Shown here: positions 1 to 13,814 of the stretch, piece after piece | How the letters are laid out: each line of letters begins with the position of its first letter | Position numbering within the stretch: position 1 is the stretch's first letter | Source of the DNA: Macrostomum lignano | Taxonomy: Eukaryota | Length of the DNA stretch: 64,000 bases | Assembly: GCA_002269645.1 (NCBI GenBank) | Contig: NIVC01003404.1 | Coordinates: 1-64,000, forward strand | Reading direction: 5' to 3' | Position numbers and translations under genes: made by a program | The notes under the pieces: generated by a model | Seen by the model: only the letters and a program-made list of their open reading frames with translations | Told to the model about the DNA's origin: nothing | The model's database searches: none

Positions 1-104
1 TTAAATTCGTCTTCGCATACGATGTACTCTAGATGAGGCGAAAAAACAGCTGCTTGATAAGATGAGCCAATACACGAACGAAATGTGTAGTAAATGTGCC
101 TTAC

Positions 105-212
105 CAGCGAAATTCACGTGCAGCTTATTCTCTGGCCATAAATCTGCACGTACTGGGGACAGTGCGGAGCGAAGTCTTTCACTGCCCAGGCGCGCATTAT
201 TGTGTGCTGATC
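105..212 (-). CDS. slo-2: Slo2/KCNT exon ([24 protein letters not shown]...[10 protein letters not shown]) with apparent 1-nt deletion; gene continues beyond the window
   Basis: Conserved [16 protein letters not shown] and PENKFHVKFA motifs lie in different frames; the exon is 108 nt where 109 is needed. Confidence 0.9.
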
Positions 213-1009
213 CTGTGAAGTGAAAATTAAGTTTACTTGAACTATTCTAGATAGGCAGTCAGACAGAGCGCGAATAGACACGATGTCACACGCTGATACT
301 CCTGGTCAACTAGTCAAGCTTGCTCCTAGTCAACGCAACTCAGAATAACGTCATTGAAGTATTGAAAATATGGAGTACTAATCTTTGCCGCAAATTCTTG
401 TCTTGCATAATCTCGAGTTTTAACATCATTCTTGTTCCTGTTACATTCCTATTGACAGTTGATTGGCCCTTTTGTAACTACAGACCATTTGAGTCTTGCT
501 TAAAACCGGCAGAAGACGGATGGCACGATTTCGTGCCATAAAGTAATCATAGTTATTGACGAAACCGAATCATAGTGTCTAGGGCAATCGTAGATTTCAG
601 AATTCAATACCCGTTGCTGACTGACATGGCTCAAAAACGTGCCACGTCCGTTTTCGTTGAAAAGCTGCTTATTTTCCTATAGGCTAGGTGACACTGTCTA
701 TGGCAATCATCACAGATTATAGTGAAGCAGGCCTTGGCAGAACTAATATAAGCAGGACAGTGATTTTAATAAATATCTATGGTCCCAAATATACCTTTTA
801 ACAATTTTTTTGGACATAAGTGAAGTTAATTTAGTCATTAGTCAGCTCAGTTCTAGAAAAGTGACTAGCAATCTTCGCCCCCCGATGGGGGACATCTGGA
901 TAGAATCCTTGTTCTTTACAAATAAAGACTCCAAGAGAAATAAAAAATAGACAGCGAAAAAAAGCTTTCATGAAAAAGCAACAGACATTTTCTCTAAAAA
1001 CAAAACATC

Positions 1010-1480
1010 CCAAAACAGCAAGCATCCCAGAAAGCATTCAAGCATCGATCCCTAAATAGCAAACATCACCCAGACTGCAAGCATCCCCCAGATAACAAGC
1101 ATCCACCCGATAGCAAGCAACCCCAGATAGCAAGCATCCCCCAGATAGCAAGCATCCCCCAGATAGCAAGCATCCCCCAGATAGCAAGCATCTCCCAGAT
1201 AGCAAGCATCCCCCAGATAGCAAGCATCCCCCAGACCGCAAGCAACCCCAGATAGCAAGCATAACCTGGATACAAAGAGACCTTATAGATATCTAGCAAC
1301 CCCCTCTCAAGATAGCCAGTACCCTCCACCCCCAAGAGCAAGCATCTCCCAATAGCAAGTTACCCCAGTAGCAAGCATCCTTCCGATAGCAAGCATCCCA
1401 CCAATAGCAAGCATCCCTCAGATAGCAAGCATCCATCAGATAGCAAGCATCCCCCTGATAGCAAGTATCCATCCTTAAAT
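1010..1480. repeat. 18-bp minisatellite (CCCCCAGATAGCAAGCAT)n
   Basis: Visible tandem periodicity with degenerate ends. Confidence 0.9.
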
Positions 1481-1559
1481 AGCAATCATCCAACAGAGAA
1501 CAAGTAGCTAGTGCAACAATTTCCTTAGCTTTATAGTGGCTCCGTTTTGTTTGGCATGA

Positions 1560-1930
1560 CACTTCCTTTTATGTTTGAAACGGTGTCTCTTTTATGTTTG
1601 AAACGGTGGCTCTTTTATGTTTGAAATTGTGGCTCTTCTTTGTTTGACATGGCGTCTCTTCTATGTTTGACATGGTGGCTCTTTAATGTTCGACATGGTA
1701 GCTCTTTAATGTTCGACATGGTAGCTCTTTATTGTTTGACATGGTGGCTCTTCTATGTTTTCCATGGCGGCCCTTTTACGTTTAAAATGGTGTCTCTGTT
1801 ATGTTTGACATTGTGGCTCAGTTGTTTGACATGGTGGCTCTTTAATGTTTGACATGGAGTTACGTATATGTTTGGCATGGTGGCTCTTTTATATTTGACA
1901 TGGTGGCTCTTTTATGTTTGACATGGTGGC
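1560..1930. repeat. ~21-22-bp minisatellite (TTTGACATGGTGGCTCTTTTATG)n
   Basis: Degenerate tandem units. Confidence 0.85.
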
Positions 1931-2610
1931 TTTGTTTCACTACGTGCATCTTCTCAAAGCTATAAAGAATAAATAAAATTCACTTTGACTTAATAAAAGT
2001 TACGAAAGACGGATTTAAAGGAACTTGACTAAATCGATTTCATTTCTTTACTATAGTCTATGGTAAACCCCGAGTGCTGACTAAATCAAACTCACTTTTC
2101 TAGGACTGAGCTGGCTAATGACTAAATTGACTTCACTTATGTCCAAAAAATGATTAAAAGGTATAGTTCCCTTTCAATATTTCCCTGTATGGTTTTCTCA
2201 TGAATGAAAGACATGCAGCCATAGCATTTGGTCCCCAGCCATAGACAAATTATCTTTTGGTTAAGCGGCTTTGCTACATACGGGTATACTTGTGGAGTTA
2301 ACTGCCGTCTGGAACGAGGGTAGAAGTTCTGACAGCCGTCGGCAAAGGGTGTGACGCATTTTTTGGTTCGTCGCGTAGAGGTCTTGATAAACAAAGCGAG
2401 ACATGCATGGTCAATGTTATTACTTTACGCGTCAGATTGGCATTTTTTAGGTTCAACATGTAAATAAACGGCTCAGATTAGCACGTTCTATTGTTATTGT
2501 TACGAGCGTATTCGTTCCTCTGAAACAAAAAAACTGATCAAAAGATGACCATAAAAAAGCATTTTCAGTTTGACCTATGATGCACGGTATGATTCAAATG
2601 TAACTCTTAC

Positions 2611-2674
2611 AGCGGCATTTCTGTCCTGATAGCTTCTCGGACAGAGGATAAAACAAGCTTCAGCGTCTTGCATT
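2611..2674 (-). CDS. slo-2: Slo2/KCNT exon (MQDAEACFILCPRSYQDRNAA)
   Basis: Matches KCNT MD.AEACFIL..R...DR.AA; phases consistent with neighbours. Confidence 0.92.
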
Positions 2675-2767
2675 CTGAAAGGCAGTTTGAATCGTTAAAT
2701 AAAGTATAAATGGAGCTTCGTATAAAATGGGTCATTGTATCAATCAGATTATAACGCTAGCATTTAC

Positions 2768-2904
2768 CGGCATCTAGCCAGGTCAGAGTCCTTCAGGGCA
2801 GAGCCCTGAATATAGATAACACGCTGCGACCAAATCGGTACCTGCATAATTATCTTGAGAGTGCTGTCCAGTTCGCACGGCGAGAACAGAATTACATAAT
2901 AGTC
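2768..2904 (-). CDS. slo-2: Slo2/KCNT exon (DYYVILFSPCELD...WSQRVIYIQGSALKDSDLARC; RCK1)
   Basis: Conserved WSQRVIYLQGSALKD motif; AG/GT ends. Confidence 0.95.
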
Positions 2905-4299
2905 CTGCGCAATGGATTTGGAGTGGTGGCGACGAAGCATTGATGCTTTTAATCTAAAGGAAGTGCAGTGCTACTCAACCAAATGACTCATTTTTTGCTA
3001 CCCATTGTAGTTAAATACTTGTTCCAAAGCTCCTAAAGTTTTTTGTTCGCTTTTTTATATGGAAAGTACATCATAAATATTATTTCTAAGGTATGATTAT
3101 ATTTGTTATTGTTGCAGGAGTCCTATTGTTTTTCATGCTCTCAGAATTGTCGCGTGCCTTATTCTAAATTTTTACTTTTTTCCAATAGAACGACAGCAGC
3201 AAAACAGGCCGGATTTCTTGCCGTCAAATCACGCAACCAACGAGTGTATCGAATCTAGCTACATCCTAATGACAGTCAAAGCTGGAAGCAAAAAGAATAG
3301 ACAGACACGAAAGCAGAATTGTCCCGCTACGTTGCTTCTACAACCATTCGGGATGAATACTTTTTTGGAAAAAGCCGAAAACCAGTAGCTCACAACCTTT
3401 ATTCAGCAGGGTCAGGACAATAACTTTTTTGTTTGCATTCTTGGTGATTTTTTATTATGCGACCGGAAAGAATAGCAGTAGGCTATTGCTTAGTAGAAGG
3501 TCTGGGAGGCACATTGGGAGGAACAGTCGCTTGGAGACAGCACGATGTTGCAAAGAGCGACTTGAACCAGGATATTACTGAAAAAGGCCTGTCTACGGAT
3601 GAAAGAGGAGAGAATATGGGAATGGGTGACAGCCATTCACTGCGCGTTGGATTGGCATCAGGAGAAAGAGAAGTGTCTTCGCAGAGGACACTTTTCGGCG
3701 GGGATTAAGCAGCTACAGCAGCAATGTCTCCCCCGTCCGCTGGGAAATTGAAAAGTCTAGAAGCCGTTTGCGCGGATGGCTGAGCAGACTGTAATTGAAA
3801 GATTATTGGGAGTTGTAATTCAAAGAGCATGCACTATTTTAGTGGATGGATGGGTCCCGCTTTTAATAAACGCTGCCTCCGGTGTCGCGGAAACAAGGAA
3901 AAGTGCAAGCTCGTTGAGTATCTTTCTTTTGAGTGACTTCGATTATAAAAAATGGCTGCATGGACTCTACTAGTGATAACTCATTCTTGTTAAATTAGAT
4001 TAAAGGAACCTGTGCTGTGCTTACTAGTGACAGCCGCTGTTATTAACTTATCCCACAGCACATTTAGTTAAGCATAGTTAGACGCGGTTAGTATATAGTT
4101 GTAGACTTGTGAATCAAAACAATTAAAGCCTGAGCTCCATTTCAGCCTGCTAGAGTAGAACTTCTAAGCAAAAGGATTTACAAAGTGGTCGTGTCATTAG
4201 CTCTACATCTGGCCACGTTGCAGTGCAGTGATTCTATTTTATAGTAGCTATACTAGGCTTGAAGTCAAGTATAATCTGAATTACGAGCTAGTAGTATCA

Positions 4300-4552
4300 A
4301 TAATAAGTGATTACACCTGCCCCAATTTGGCCAGATGTGTAACCGACAGCTCAGCCGCAGCTATTGCGCGGCGCATCAGAAGGCTGCGTACGGCTGTTCA
4401 GTCCAAGGACTGGGGGGTCGCATTATACACTCAATTACCCCAGCTAATTCTGACACCCATTTTATAGCGCGGTGAACTGAAGCAGTAGAATCCAACCTCC
4501 GACTTATAAGTCGTGAGTCCGACTCTCTAATCCCTGGGCTACAACCCCCCTC
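4300..4552 (-). mobile_element. Second, internally deleted copy of SINE family 2
   Basis: Shares GGCTGTTCAGTCCAAGGACTGGGG, CTCAATTACCCCAGCTAAT and GAGTCCGAC.CTCTAA blocks with 62900-63188. Confidence 0.7.
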
Positions 4553-4581
4553 CCTCAGCTTACTAGACAAGTTAAACTAAC

Positions 4582-5025
4582 CTGAAGCTTTGGATGAGCA
4601 TAAAACTCGTTTAAAAAGTCCATGATAGTTTCTGAGTGCAATGTGGTAGTGCACACCACAACGTGTTTCTCATTCTGCGCCCTGTGCCTACTGTAGGTGG
4701 CACCCATTGTCTTTCGTTCGATCCATGTGACGACAAGCTTCTCAATTTGTGACGGAAGCACAGTGATGGCCACGCAGATCATGACGATCATGAACAGCTG
4801 GCTTGGCCAGACGTCCGGCTTGAAGTCGCCGTAGCCAACAGTGGAAAATGTGACCATGACGAACCAGAACGATTCGAACAGTGAGAAGTGCTCCTTGCCG
4901 CCGCGTTGAAGATGCTGGATGCCGCACACGCTGGTGAAGATGATGCAGAGTGTGGTCGAGGTGACGCTCATGAGGCGCTGAGCAAGGGCCGATGAAGTTC
5001 GCTGGAGCACCCGGTTCAGATCGGC
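4582..5025 (-). CDS. slo-2: Slo2/KCNT exon, S5-pore-S6 and start of RCK1
   Basis: Selectivity filter TFSTVGYGD, YSRHRAQ.EKHVV, DFLNEFYAHPKLQ; 444 nt, phase 0-0. Confidence 0.97.
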
Positions 5026-6354
5026 CTAATTAAAAGTTCCAAAGGTGCAAAACTAAGTAATTTCAAAAAGACGAAAAGCTCGCACTGTCATTTCAGAGCT
5101 GTTATAACATCAATAATTGAAGACAATCTAATTGAAATATGCCTTCTAATTCTGTAGGCCTGTAATAGTGCATAGGATTCATTGGATTGAACTATATTTG
5201 GAAGCGGGGGCGTCGCCACACTTTTTGTTTTAATGATGAGATTAAAATGATGAGATGATTAAATAAAATTTTTTCTCGATCAAGCAAGGTATAATTCAAT
5301 GACATACCTTTGCTCGACTGCTAAAACCATTTTCATACATTAAACTCTCTGCTGTCTCTCAATCAATATTTCTATACAAATACAGACATACTATATGAGC
5401 CATGCAATTTTGTTGCTATCTGTCTCATTAGCATTTCTCTATGCTAGCCTCTAATTGGAAAGATTCTCTGAATATTCTTTTATAATATGTGCCGCACGGA
5501 GTTCACGCAGTAAATATTTTTTTTGTTAATAAATCCCTCCCCTGTTGTTTTCAGTTTCAATTTTTCTTTGAATTTCCTCCAGATTGACACTTGAAACTGC
5601 TTCAAACTGCTTGCCTTCCAGATCGCTTTCGCTAACAAAAAGAAAGGCATGTGAGCATGCAACACGAGAATCTCCTCGTCGGATACAAATGGATTTTGAA
5701 ATTTGATTCTCGTCCTGTTCGAAAATCCGTCGCTAAGACAATTTTTATTTTACACGGGCTCATCAAGAATGTACGTTGCTCAAGCCTTCTTGATATATGA
5801 ATAATACTAATCCTCAGGCCCTGAACGAGTCAAAACTGTTTTTTCTGTGTTTCTTTTAAAGTTCGTACTTGCTACACACGCGGAAATATAAGTGTTGCAG
5901 CTTCGGTGAAGGAAAGTTATAAGTATATTAAAGATGTCACTTTAATATCTCGGGACAATTCTTCTATGCATCAAGAGTCGTCATCAAGAGTAGAATTTCA
6001 GCGAGACTCAAGCACCGATTTTTCCATCCTAAAAGCGTACTTGATAAATTATAAACGCACCAATCTTCTTTTTCACTCCAATTTTCAGAATTACAGTTCC
6101 AAATGTAGGTCAACTCTTTTTCCAATCATGCCGCATATGCTTCAGCAGTGCAATGAAAAATTAACGTGGAAAGAAATAGCATCAGTGTGGTGAGGCGACA
6201 TCTCTAGGGAGAATAATCCAATTATGATTTTTTAAGTACAGTTCGGTTCTAGTCGGATTCTACCGGCGTGACCGGGTCAATGATGTGTTTTTATGACCCC
6301 TGGAGACAAAGATATTTCGTATTTTGCTGTTTTCTTAGACGCAAATTCACTCAC

Positions 6355-6438
6355 AAACATCTGTTCGAGCTGCTTCTTCGCCAGCCAGCAGTTCAGAAAC
6401 ACCGGGACAAAAAGGCAGCGGAGCTGGGCGGAGAAGAT
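6355..6438 (-). CDS. slo-2: Slo2/KCNT exon ([28 protein letters not shown]; S4)
   Basis: Conserved [13 protein letters not shown] motif; AG/GT ends. Confidence 0.95.
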
Positions 6439-6464
6439 CTGAAATGAAGAGAGAGGAGGCGGCC

Positions 6465-6742
<278 letters not shown>

Positions 6743-6777
6743 ACCGTCAGTCTGTCAAAACAAGTCAAGGAACATAC

Positions 6778-6852
6778 GGTAACAATGAAAGGCGCTGTGT
6801 TCAGCAGCTCCAGCAGAAAAGCCGGCGCCAGAATGTTGTACCAAATGTTGCC
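6778..6852 (-). CDS. slo-2: Slo2/KCNT exon ([25 protein letters not shown]; S3)
   Basis: Matches KCNT GNIWEQI...LEMINTLPFIIT; 75 nt, phase 0-0. Confidence 0.92.
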
Positions 6853-6938
6853 CTGAAATGAATAAAAATTAGTTTCAGTAAACGTACAAGTTCGAAATCA
6901 GCACTGGAGCAAACAGTTGCTCAAGCATAACTAACTAC

Positions 6939-7047
6939 CTTGTAGCCTAGATAGGTCACCAAGCACGTCTCGGTCAAACTAATTAACGCCACAACCAGCT
7001 GAATAATCCATAATGTCTGGCTTCGATTGACAAAGAAGATCACTGAC
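6939..7047 (-). CDS. slo-2: Slo2/KCNT exon (SVIFFVNRSQTLWIIQLVVALISLTETCLVTYLGYK; S2)
   Basis: Matches KCNT ILWVER..LWAIQVIVAIISFLETML.YLSYK; AG/GT ends. Confidence 0.92.
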
Positions 7048-8756
7048 CTAAAATATGACATTGGGACATGCAGAAGATCAACTATTGATAGTTTATAACT
7101 CGCAGTTTTTCACGCTAGCTTTGTTACGCAGATAAATAAATATTTTTGCCATTGACTACTAGCAGGGATAGAGGGTAAAATTGATACAAAAGCAAGTATA
7201 GGTGCAACAGCGTGTCTGCTATCTTGCTGGCACACTAAACTTTTTTTGGCTTAGTTAAACACTTTAGTATCAGCCAACATTGATTCAATGATTCAAACCT
7301 TGAATATTTTATGTAGATAAAGAATGTACCCAGTTAAACGTTGCATACGTACGTATGAGGAAGTTTTCTTAGTGTAAATAAGAACTTTGAGGCTAATCTT
7401 AGGTGTGATTTGGGTCCCGAATCCTGAGTTTGCATTGCAGATTAGACACGGACTTCGGAGGGACTTCAGCTTTAACTGGAAATAGGGTGAACCATATAGT
7501 TTAACTTGCAGATTGTTAACCACTTTATTGTTTCAAATTTCCGAATCAACATCGAATTAATAAAAAACCACAATTGTCGATCTACGGGACTATTCTTATT
7601 CAATTAACTAGCGAATTAACTAACAGGTGCCACAAAAAGTTGCCATTTTAATTGATTCCTGTTAATCACTCTTACGACCTGATCTGTCTGGCTACGTCAA
7701 ATACCGTAAGAAAACACCTGTAATTTTCTTCTAGGGCCGTAGGGTTCGATTAAAATGGTAGGCTTTTTGGGACACCTCTTAAGTTTTTTAATCATGCCTT
7801 GCCGCTGAAATTTGTTAGTTTTTTACCATCAGCGACGTGGGGACACCGAAAACTCAGTTCGACTTTATGCTAATCATGCTCAGGCAACTTCCAACCATGT
7901 TTAAAGCAGAAATTTCATTCAACCTTTGATTTTGTCAAGTTAAGTAAGTGACACATCTTGTTAATGTCTATTTGCTTTTAATTTAATCTTTAGCCTGCAA
8001 TTCTACAGTAAATAATTGAGATAGTTCGGAACTCAAAATTCAAAACTGTGGAGTCAATAGATTTTGTGCGCGCTTGTTTCTAAAACTAAGAGTGAATGCA
8101 TATAATACACTTATAAAACAGCTTGGCATGTGAACTCGTGAACGTGAACTTGAACGTCGCACTAAACAGGTGTGATTGATTGCAAGCCACGCCTTACCAA
8201 TGAATGTCAGCGTCTGCATCTGTCAGAGCGCTGTCAATCGCTGTCAGATTCAAGCATTTGTACTGACAGTAGCTGTAAATATAATCATTAATTTGGAATG
8301 ATTTGTGGATCGCTATATCTTTTAAACACTGTTAAACAGCCATAAAATACTGTTTGTTGAATGAAAAGGTTGAGCAGTTTAAATTATACAAAAGCTTAGG
8401 CAGCGAGGTAGGTTTGGTTATAATCAAATATGCATAAAAATAATATAATAGCTGTTTTGAAATCAGTTTAATGCCGGAAAATTCTTGCGTTATAAACCGT
8501 TGTTATATAGGATAAAATGATAGATTAACATTCATTATGCACGTTGTCATAATAAAAAGTCATTTACTGAGCAAAACATCTATTAATGTGATTGATAGCA
8601 ATAATTTTAATGAATACAAAGGGCACCAAATTACCAGATTGGTTAAACGTTAGGGTTTAGTTCTTTGAGCCACAATTTAATCACAAGGTTGAAGCAAAAC
8701 ACAAAGTTGATTAAACGTATAACAAGCAGACTTGTTATGGAACAATTTATAAAAGG

Positions 8757-9250
8757 GACGGGGGAGACATGGTGACAGAGGAAGGGTAAGAGGAGAGAGG
8801 GAGGGTGAGAGAAGAGAGGGAGGGCGAGAGGAGAGGGGGCTGAGAGAAGAGATGCAGGGTGAGAGAAGAGAGGGATGGCGAGAGGAAAGAGAGTGAGAGT
8901 AGAGAGGTATGGTAAGAGGAGAAAGGGAGGGAGAGAGGAGAGAGAGAGGGTGAGAGGAGAGCGGGAGGACGAGAGAAGAGAGGGAGGGCGAGAGGAGAGA
9001 GGGAGGGCGAGAGGAGAGGGAGGGTGAGAGAAGAGAGGGAGGGCGAGAGGAGAGAGCGAGGGTGAGAGGAGAGAGGGAGGGTGAGAGGAGAGAGGGAGGG
9101 AGAGAGTAGAGAGGGAGGACGAGAGAAGAGAGGGAGGGTGAGATGAGAGAGGGAAAGTGAGAGGAGAGAGGGAGGACGAGAGAAGAGATGGAGGGTGAGA
9201 GGAGAGAGGGAGGACGAGAGAAGAGAGGGAAAGTGAGAGGAGTGAGAGGG
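8757..9250. repeat. Purine-rich GA low-complexity repeat
   Basis: GAGAGGAGAGAGGGAGGG-type units. Confidence 0.9.
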
Positions 9251-9342
9251 AGTTGCAGATGGTCAGTCATTCGGAGAACAGATCCATAACCGAGGAATGT
9301 CACAGTTGTGAATCCCATCAACCATAAGCAAACGGGATCTAC

Positions 9343-9441
9343 CAGGCAATTCCGCCGTGAGAGTCTTGGTGCTTGTGAACTGCCTCGCTAATGCTGACAT
9401 TCGAGCCAGCTTGCGAGCAGCCGTGACAGTATGGGAATGGG
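9343..9441 (-). CDS. slo-2: Slo2/KCNT exon (PFPYCHGCSQAGSNVSISE...GGIAW; S1-S2 loop)
   Basis: AG/GT bounded, 99 nt, phase 2-2; CxGC loop motif as in KCNT; keeps frame between the neighbouring exons. Confidence 0.8.
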
Positions 9442-10224
9442 CTGTAGGGATTTGCATGCGTCGAGTGATATAAAAAATATTACTATCATTTAATTTTGAC
9501 GAAAGCTGATTCCAATAATTTTCTGCTCAAAAATGTTTTCCATCTACAAAATGGAGCTGCATGGGGAGTCCCTGGCGACGCCAGAGCATTTCCAGCTGCG
9601 ATAATTTAATTAATTTGATGGAGCAAAAATTGTTTAAATTGATTGCTGTAATACCTCGTAAAACATGTATACCAAATGCATAATACGAAAAAATATTTCT
9701 GCAATTAAAAAATATGCATATTAGGGAGAGTAAAAAGAATTTACTATGAAGCCATTACTTGCAATTGGTTCATATTCGACACAGACAAATGAAATCAAGA
9801 ATGGTTGAATGGAACGGTTGATACAAGAAATGAGAAATGAGGTAGTGGGACTCCCCTTTCACTACCAAAGGGAAATTTCTCTTTCACAGACTTTAAACAC
9901 TTCGGACTACCCTTGGCCAAGTTAATTATGCGAATAAGTCGCTCTCTAAGCCTCTTTCACCTCTGCACTACGCGAAAGCATTTACTGACGATGCTCGACA
10001 AAGGAAGTGTGACTTTGAATACCTGTACTTCTTAATTAGCTTTGGCCAAATCCTTCCTCTGATCCATGTTTGAAAAGTAGAGGAATAATAGAACAGGAAA
10101 TCAAAAGAAATCTGCTTCGCTCCTGTTTGTTAATTAACACGCTTAATTATCTGAGTTTCCTGATACACATTGTTAGTATTGCAGTAGTATTGTTTAGTTT
10201 ATATTTTAACATGATTCTGGGGTT

Positions 10225-11283
10225 TTTTGGATGTCGGCGCATCTTTTGGAGGTTGGGGTATTTTGGGGGTTGGGGTCTTTTGGGGGTTGGGTGTTTGGGG
10301 ATTGGGGTGTTTTAGGGGTTGGGGTGTTTTGGGGGTTGGGGTGTTTTGGGGGTTGGGTGTTTGGGGATTGGGGTGTTTTAGGGGTTGGGGTGTTTTGGAG
10401 GTTGGGGTGTTTTGGGGGTTGGGGTGCTTTGGGGTTGGGTGTTTTAGGGGTTGGGGTGTTTTGGGGGTTGTGGTGTTTTGGGGTTGGGGTGTTTTGGGGG
10501 TTGGGTGTTTTGGGGTTGGGGTGTTTTGGAGTTTGGGGTGTTTTGGGGTTGGGGTGTTTTAGGGTTGGGTGTTTTGGGGGTTGGGGTGTTTTGGGGGTTG
10601 GGGTCTTTTTGGGAATTGGGGTGTTTTGGGGGTTGGGGTCTTTTGGGGGTTGGGGTGTTTTGGGGGTTGGGGTGTTTTGGGGGTTGGGGTGTTTTGGGGG
10701 TTAGGATGTTTTGGGGGTTGGGGTGTTTTGGGGGTAGGGGTGTTTTGGAGTTTGGGGTGTTTTGGGGGTAGGGGTGTTTTGGAGTTTGGGGTGTTTTGGG
10801 GGTTGGGGTGTTTTGGGGTTGGGGTGTTTTGGGGTTGGGGTGTTTTAGGGGTTGGGGTGTTTTGGGGGTTGGGGTGTTTTGGGGGTTGGGGTCTTTTTGG
10901 GAATTGGGGTGTTTTGGGGGTTGGGGTGTTTTGGGGGTTGGGGTCTTTTGGGGTTGGGGTGTTTTGGGGGTTGGGGTGTTTTGGGGTTGGGGTGTTTTGG
11001 GGGTTAGGATGTTTTGGGGGTTGGGGTGTTTTGGGGGTAGGGGTGTTTTGGAGTTTGGGGTGTTTTGGGGGTAGGGGTGTTTTGGAGTTTGGGGTGTTTT
11101 GGGGGTTGGGGTCTTTTGGGGGTTGGGTGTTTGGGGATTGGGGTGTTTTAGGGGTTGGGGTGTTTTGGGGGTTGGGGTGTTTTGGGGGTTGGGGTCTTTT
11201 TTGGGAATTGGGGTGTTTTGGGGTTGGGGTGTTTTGGGGTTGGGGTGCTTTGGGGGTTAGGGTGTTTTGGGGTTGGGGTGTTT
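10225..11283. repeat. G/T-rich satellite (GGGGTTGGGGTGTTTTG)n
   Basis: About 1 kb almost devoid of A and C on the plus strand. Confidence 0.95.
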
Positions 11284-12684
11284 TGAGGCTTCTGATGTTT
11301 TGAGGTTTGGCTGCTTTCGTGGCTGTGGGGGATTGCGCACATCATTTTTATGTGCACAATTGCAATCACTAAATGTACAATATTTTTAGTTTGTAAAAAT
11401 TCTATTGGAAAGATTTCATTACACTCTTCAAAGCACTAGGCATGAGGCTTTATAACGATTTCGGTCTCAAAAAGTACCCCTGAGACTTTATCTGTTTTCT
11501 TTAGCTAAATGTATAATGTGAGCGCAATATTGTCAATACATTTGTATAATCCTAATACATGGGTACCTTTCATAATTTCTTCAATGCATTAGAACCGCTG
11601 TTATAATTTAGCAGCAGTCAGTCTAAAGCTTTGATTGTATTGGCAAACACAGGATCCTGGAAAGCAATTACATTTCCACGGTTACCTAACGTACTCCAGT
11701 AGAGCTTCCACAATCAGTTTTTCAACTTACTAACTCATAGCTGTTAGAAAAGAACGAACATTAGGTTATATAAAAATGAAAATAAAAATCAATTTACTAA
11801 AAGTACACTGAGAGTTCATTAAAATTGGAAAGTAATTTGTGTGAGGTCACGAACTTTCAGGATGGAACAGTGCTTTAAACAACTCAAGAAATTGAATGAC
11901 CCAGCAGCTTTTCTTTGAAATAAGGATTAATTACTCAGTAAAACAATCCAGGATATAAATTTGACTCCAGTGAGTCACTCTTTCAAGCTTCATCAAGCTT
12001 CTGAATTAATAGTTTTTTAGCCTTCTTCAGAGCTTAATAGACAAAATCCATGCTTCGGTGGATTTCACTTTCAGAGAGAATTTCCCAGGAAGTGAAATTA
12101 CGCTCACAGTAATGATGGGAAGAGCAGTCATCTACTGCCGGAATGCTCAGCTTCACTGAATTACCCCGGAGTGAAGCTTGTTAATGAAGGCAATAAATGG
12201 AAGCTGGAGACAAAATCGTTCCCCCAGCTAAACTCAATCATTAGCTGGGGTATTAGCGACGGCTCGTAAATGGGAATCGGGTAGACCATGGGAACATTTT
12301 CAAAGACTGCTGATTTTTCCCAAATTCTTCATTACAACCTTTTTAAATTAAATCGCACAGTATCATCTAAAATTGATATAGAATTGATTTTTTACAGTTC
12401 AAAGCCAACAGTGAATCCTCACCAAAAATTAATATGAATATGCTGCTTGACCACAAATTAGTTTAAACTACAGCTTCTATATTACCTAGATGTGTCACTA
12501 CAGCAGTCGCTTATGTATATTTAGCGGCCGTCTCCGAGACCCCGAAAACCTGGGGTTAGGGTCTCAGACACCAGCTGCTGTAAAACCACACCACACATAC
12601 TGTCACTCAAACTCTCCCATTACGAGAGTAAACGTCTGTCTCTCCAGCGGTTTTACTATAGAATATGGACTTTTCATGCATTGT

Positions 12685-12835
12685 TTAGCAATTTGACAAT
12701 CATTATTCACATTTTTAATGCAGAACAATCCATAACTACAAATTGTTTTAGGATCGTCAAACAGAAAAACAATGCAAAGAATCAGCGGTCGCAGCACGTG
12801 ACAACGATTTGTCTATGGCCCGCGCCTACCGGCGC
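12685..12835. repeat. Dispersed repeat; inverted second copy at ~36428-36582
   Basis: ~150 bp nearly identical in reverse complement, including GTCTATGGCCCGCGCCTACCGG. Confidence 0.8.
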
Positions 12836-13545
12836 TCGCCAGACAATCGTTGTCACGCACTGGGACCGCTGATTATTTATCCATTAGTAGCATATGCAAC
12901 CCTATATGAAGTCCTATTGAAGCTTGTAAACCAGCATTGCAATCAACTGATGGACGAGCATGTTGTTCCCACCCAGATAATTGCAGGCTATTAAGGGATT
13001 TACGAACAAAATGGGCAATTATTTGAGGCAACAAATCGGTTTAATGACGCATCATCTAAATCCACATCTGACAATAAATCTGCTTTGATCAATCCCCACC
13101 AGTGTCTAACAGTCTCTGCTGCACTTAATGGGATAGGATTTTAACAGAATGGGAGCGCTGCAGCAGGCTGTCACACTGACAGTGTCAATAGTAGCATGTA
13201 GTCCTGGCTATAGAGAAGTACGTAGTCGTAGTATGAGGGAAATCCATTTTTCTACGAGCCAGCTATGATTCAGGGTGAGTATTGTGCCACTGAAACCGCT
13301 TCCCGCTGCAGGGGAGAGGGAATGGCATGGTTGAATAAGGGCGTTGATGGAAAGACTGAGAGAGAGAATAAAATAGAAGGACGTGTGGGCAGGACGCATG
13401 GAGAGAAAATTGCAAGACTGAAAAACATGTCAGAGAGTGAGCACTGAAGATTTATTGAAGCGAAAAGAAACTTATTCTGTTGAATAAATGATTAAGCTCA
13501 CAATATACACCGGGACAGAGAGAGAAACTAAACGGACAGGCAAAA

Positions 13546-13548
<3 letters not shown>

Positions 13549-13610
<62 letters not shown>

Positions 13611-13611
13611 C

Positions 13612-13656
<45 letters not shown>

Positions 13657-13781
13657 TAAACAGACAAGCAGACATACATATAGACAGAGAGATAGACAGA
13701 CGGACAAACAAACAGACAGACATACAGACAAACAGACAGACATACAGACAAACAGACAGACAGACAAACCCGCACTAAGAG

Positions 13782-13814
<33 letters not shown>

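Noticed and set aside
11400-12460. Coding-like stretches in KCNT introns (also 3200-3970), possibly ancient retroelement relics
   Set aside because: Many stops in every frame and no motif I could recognise; would need a translated HMM search.
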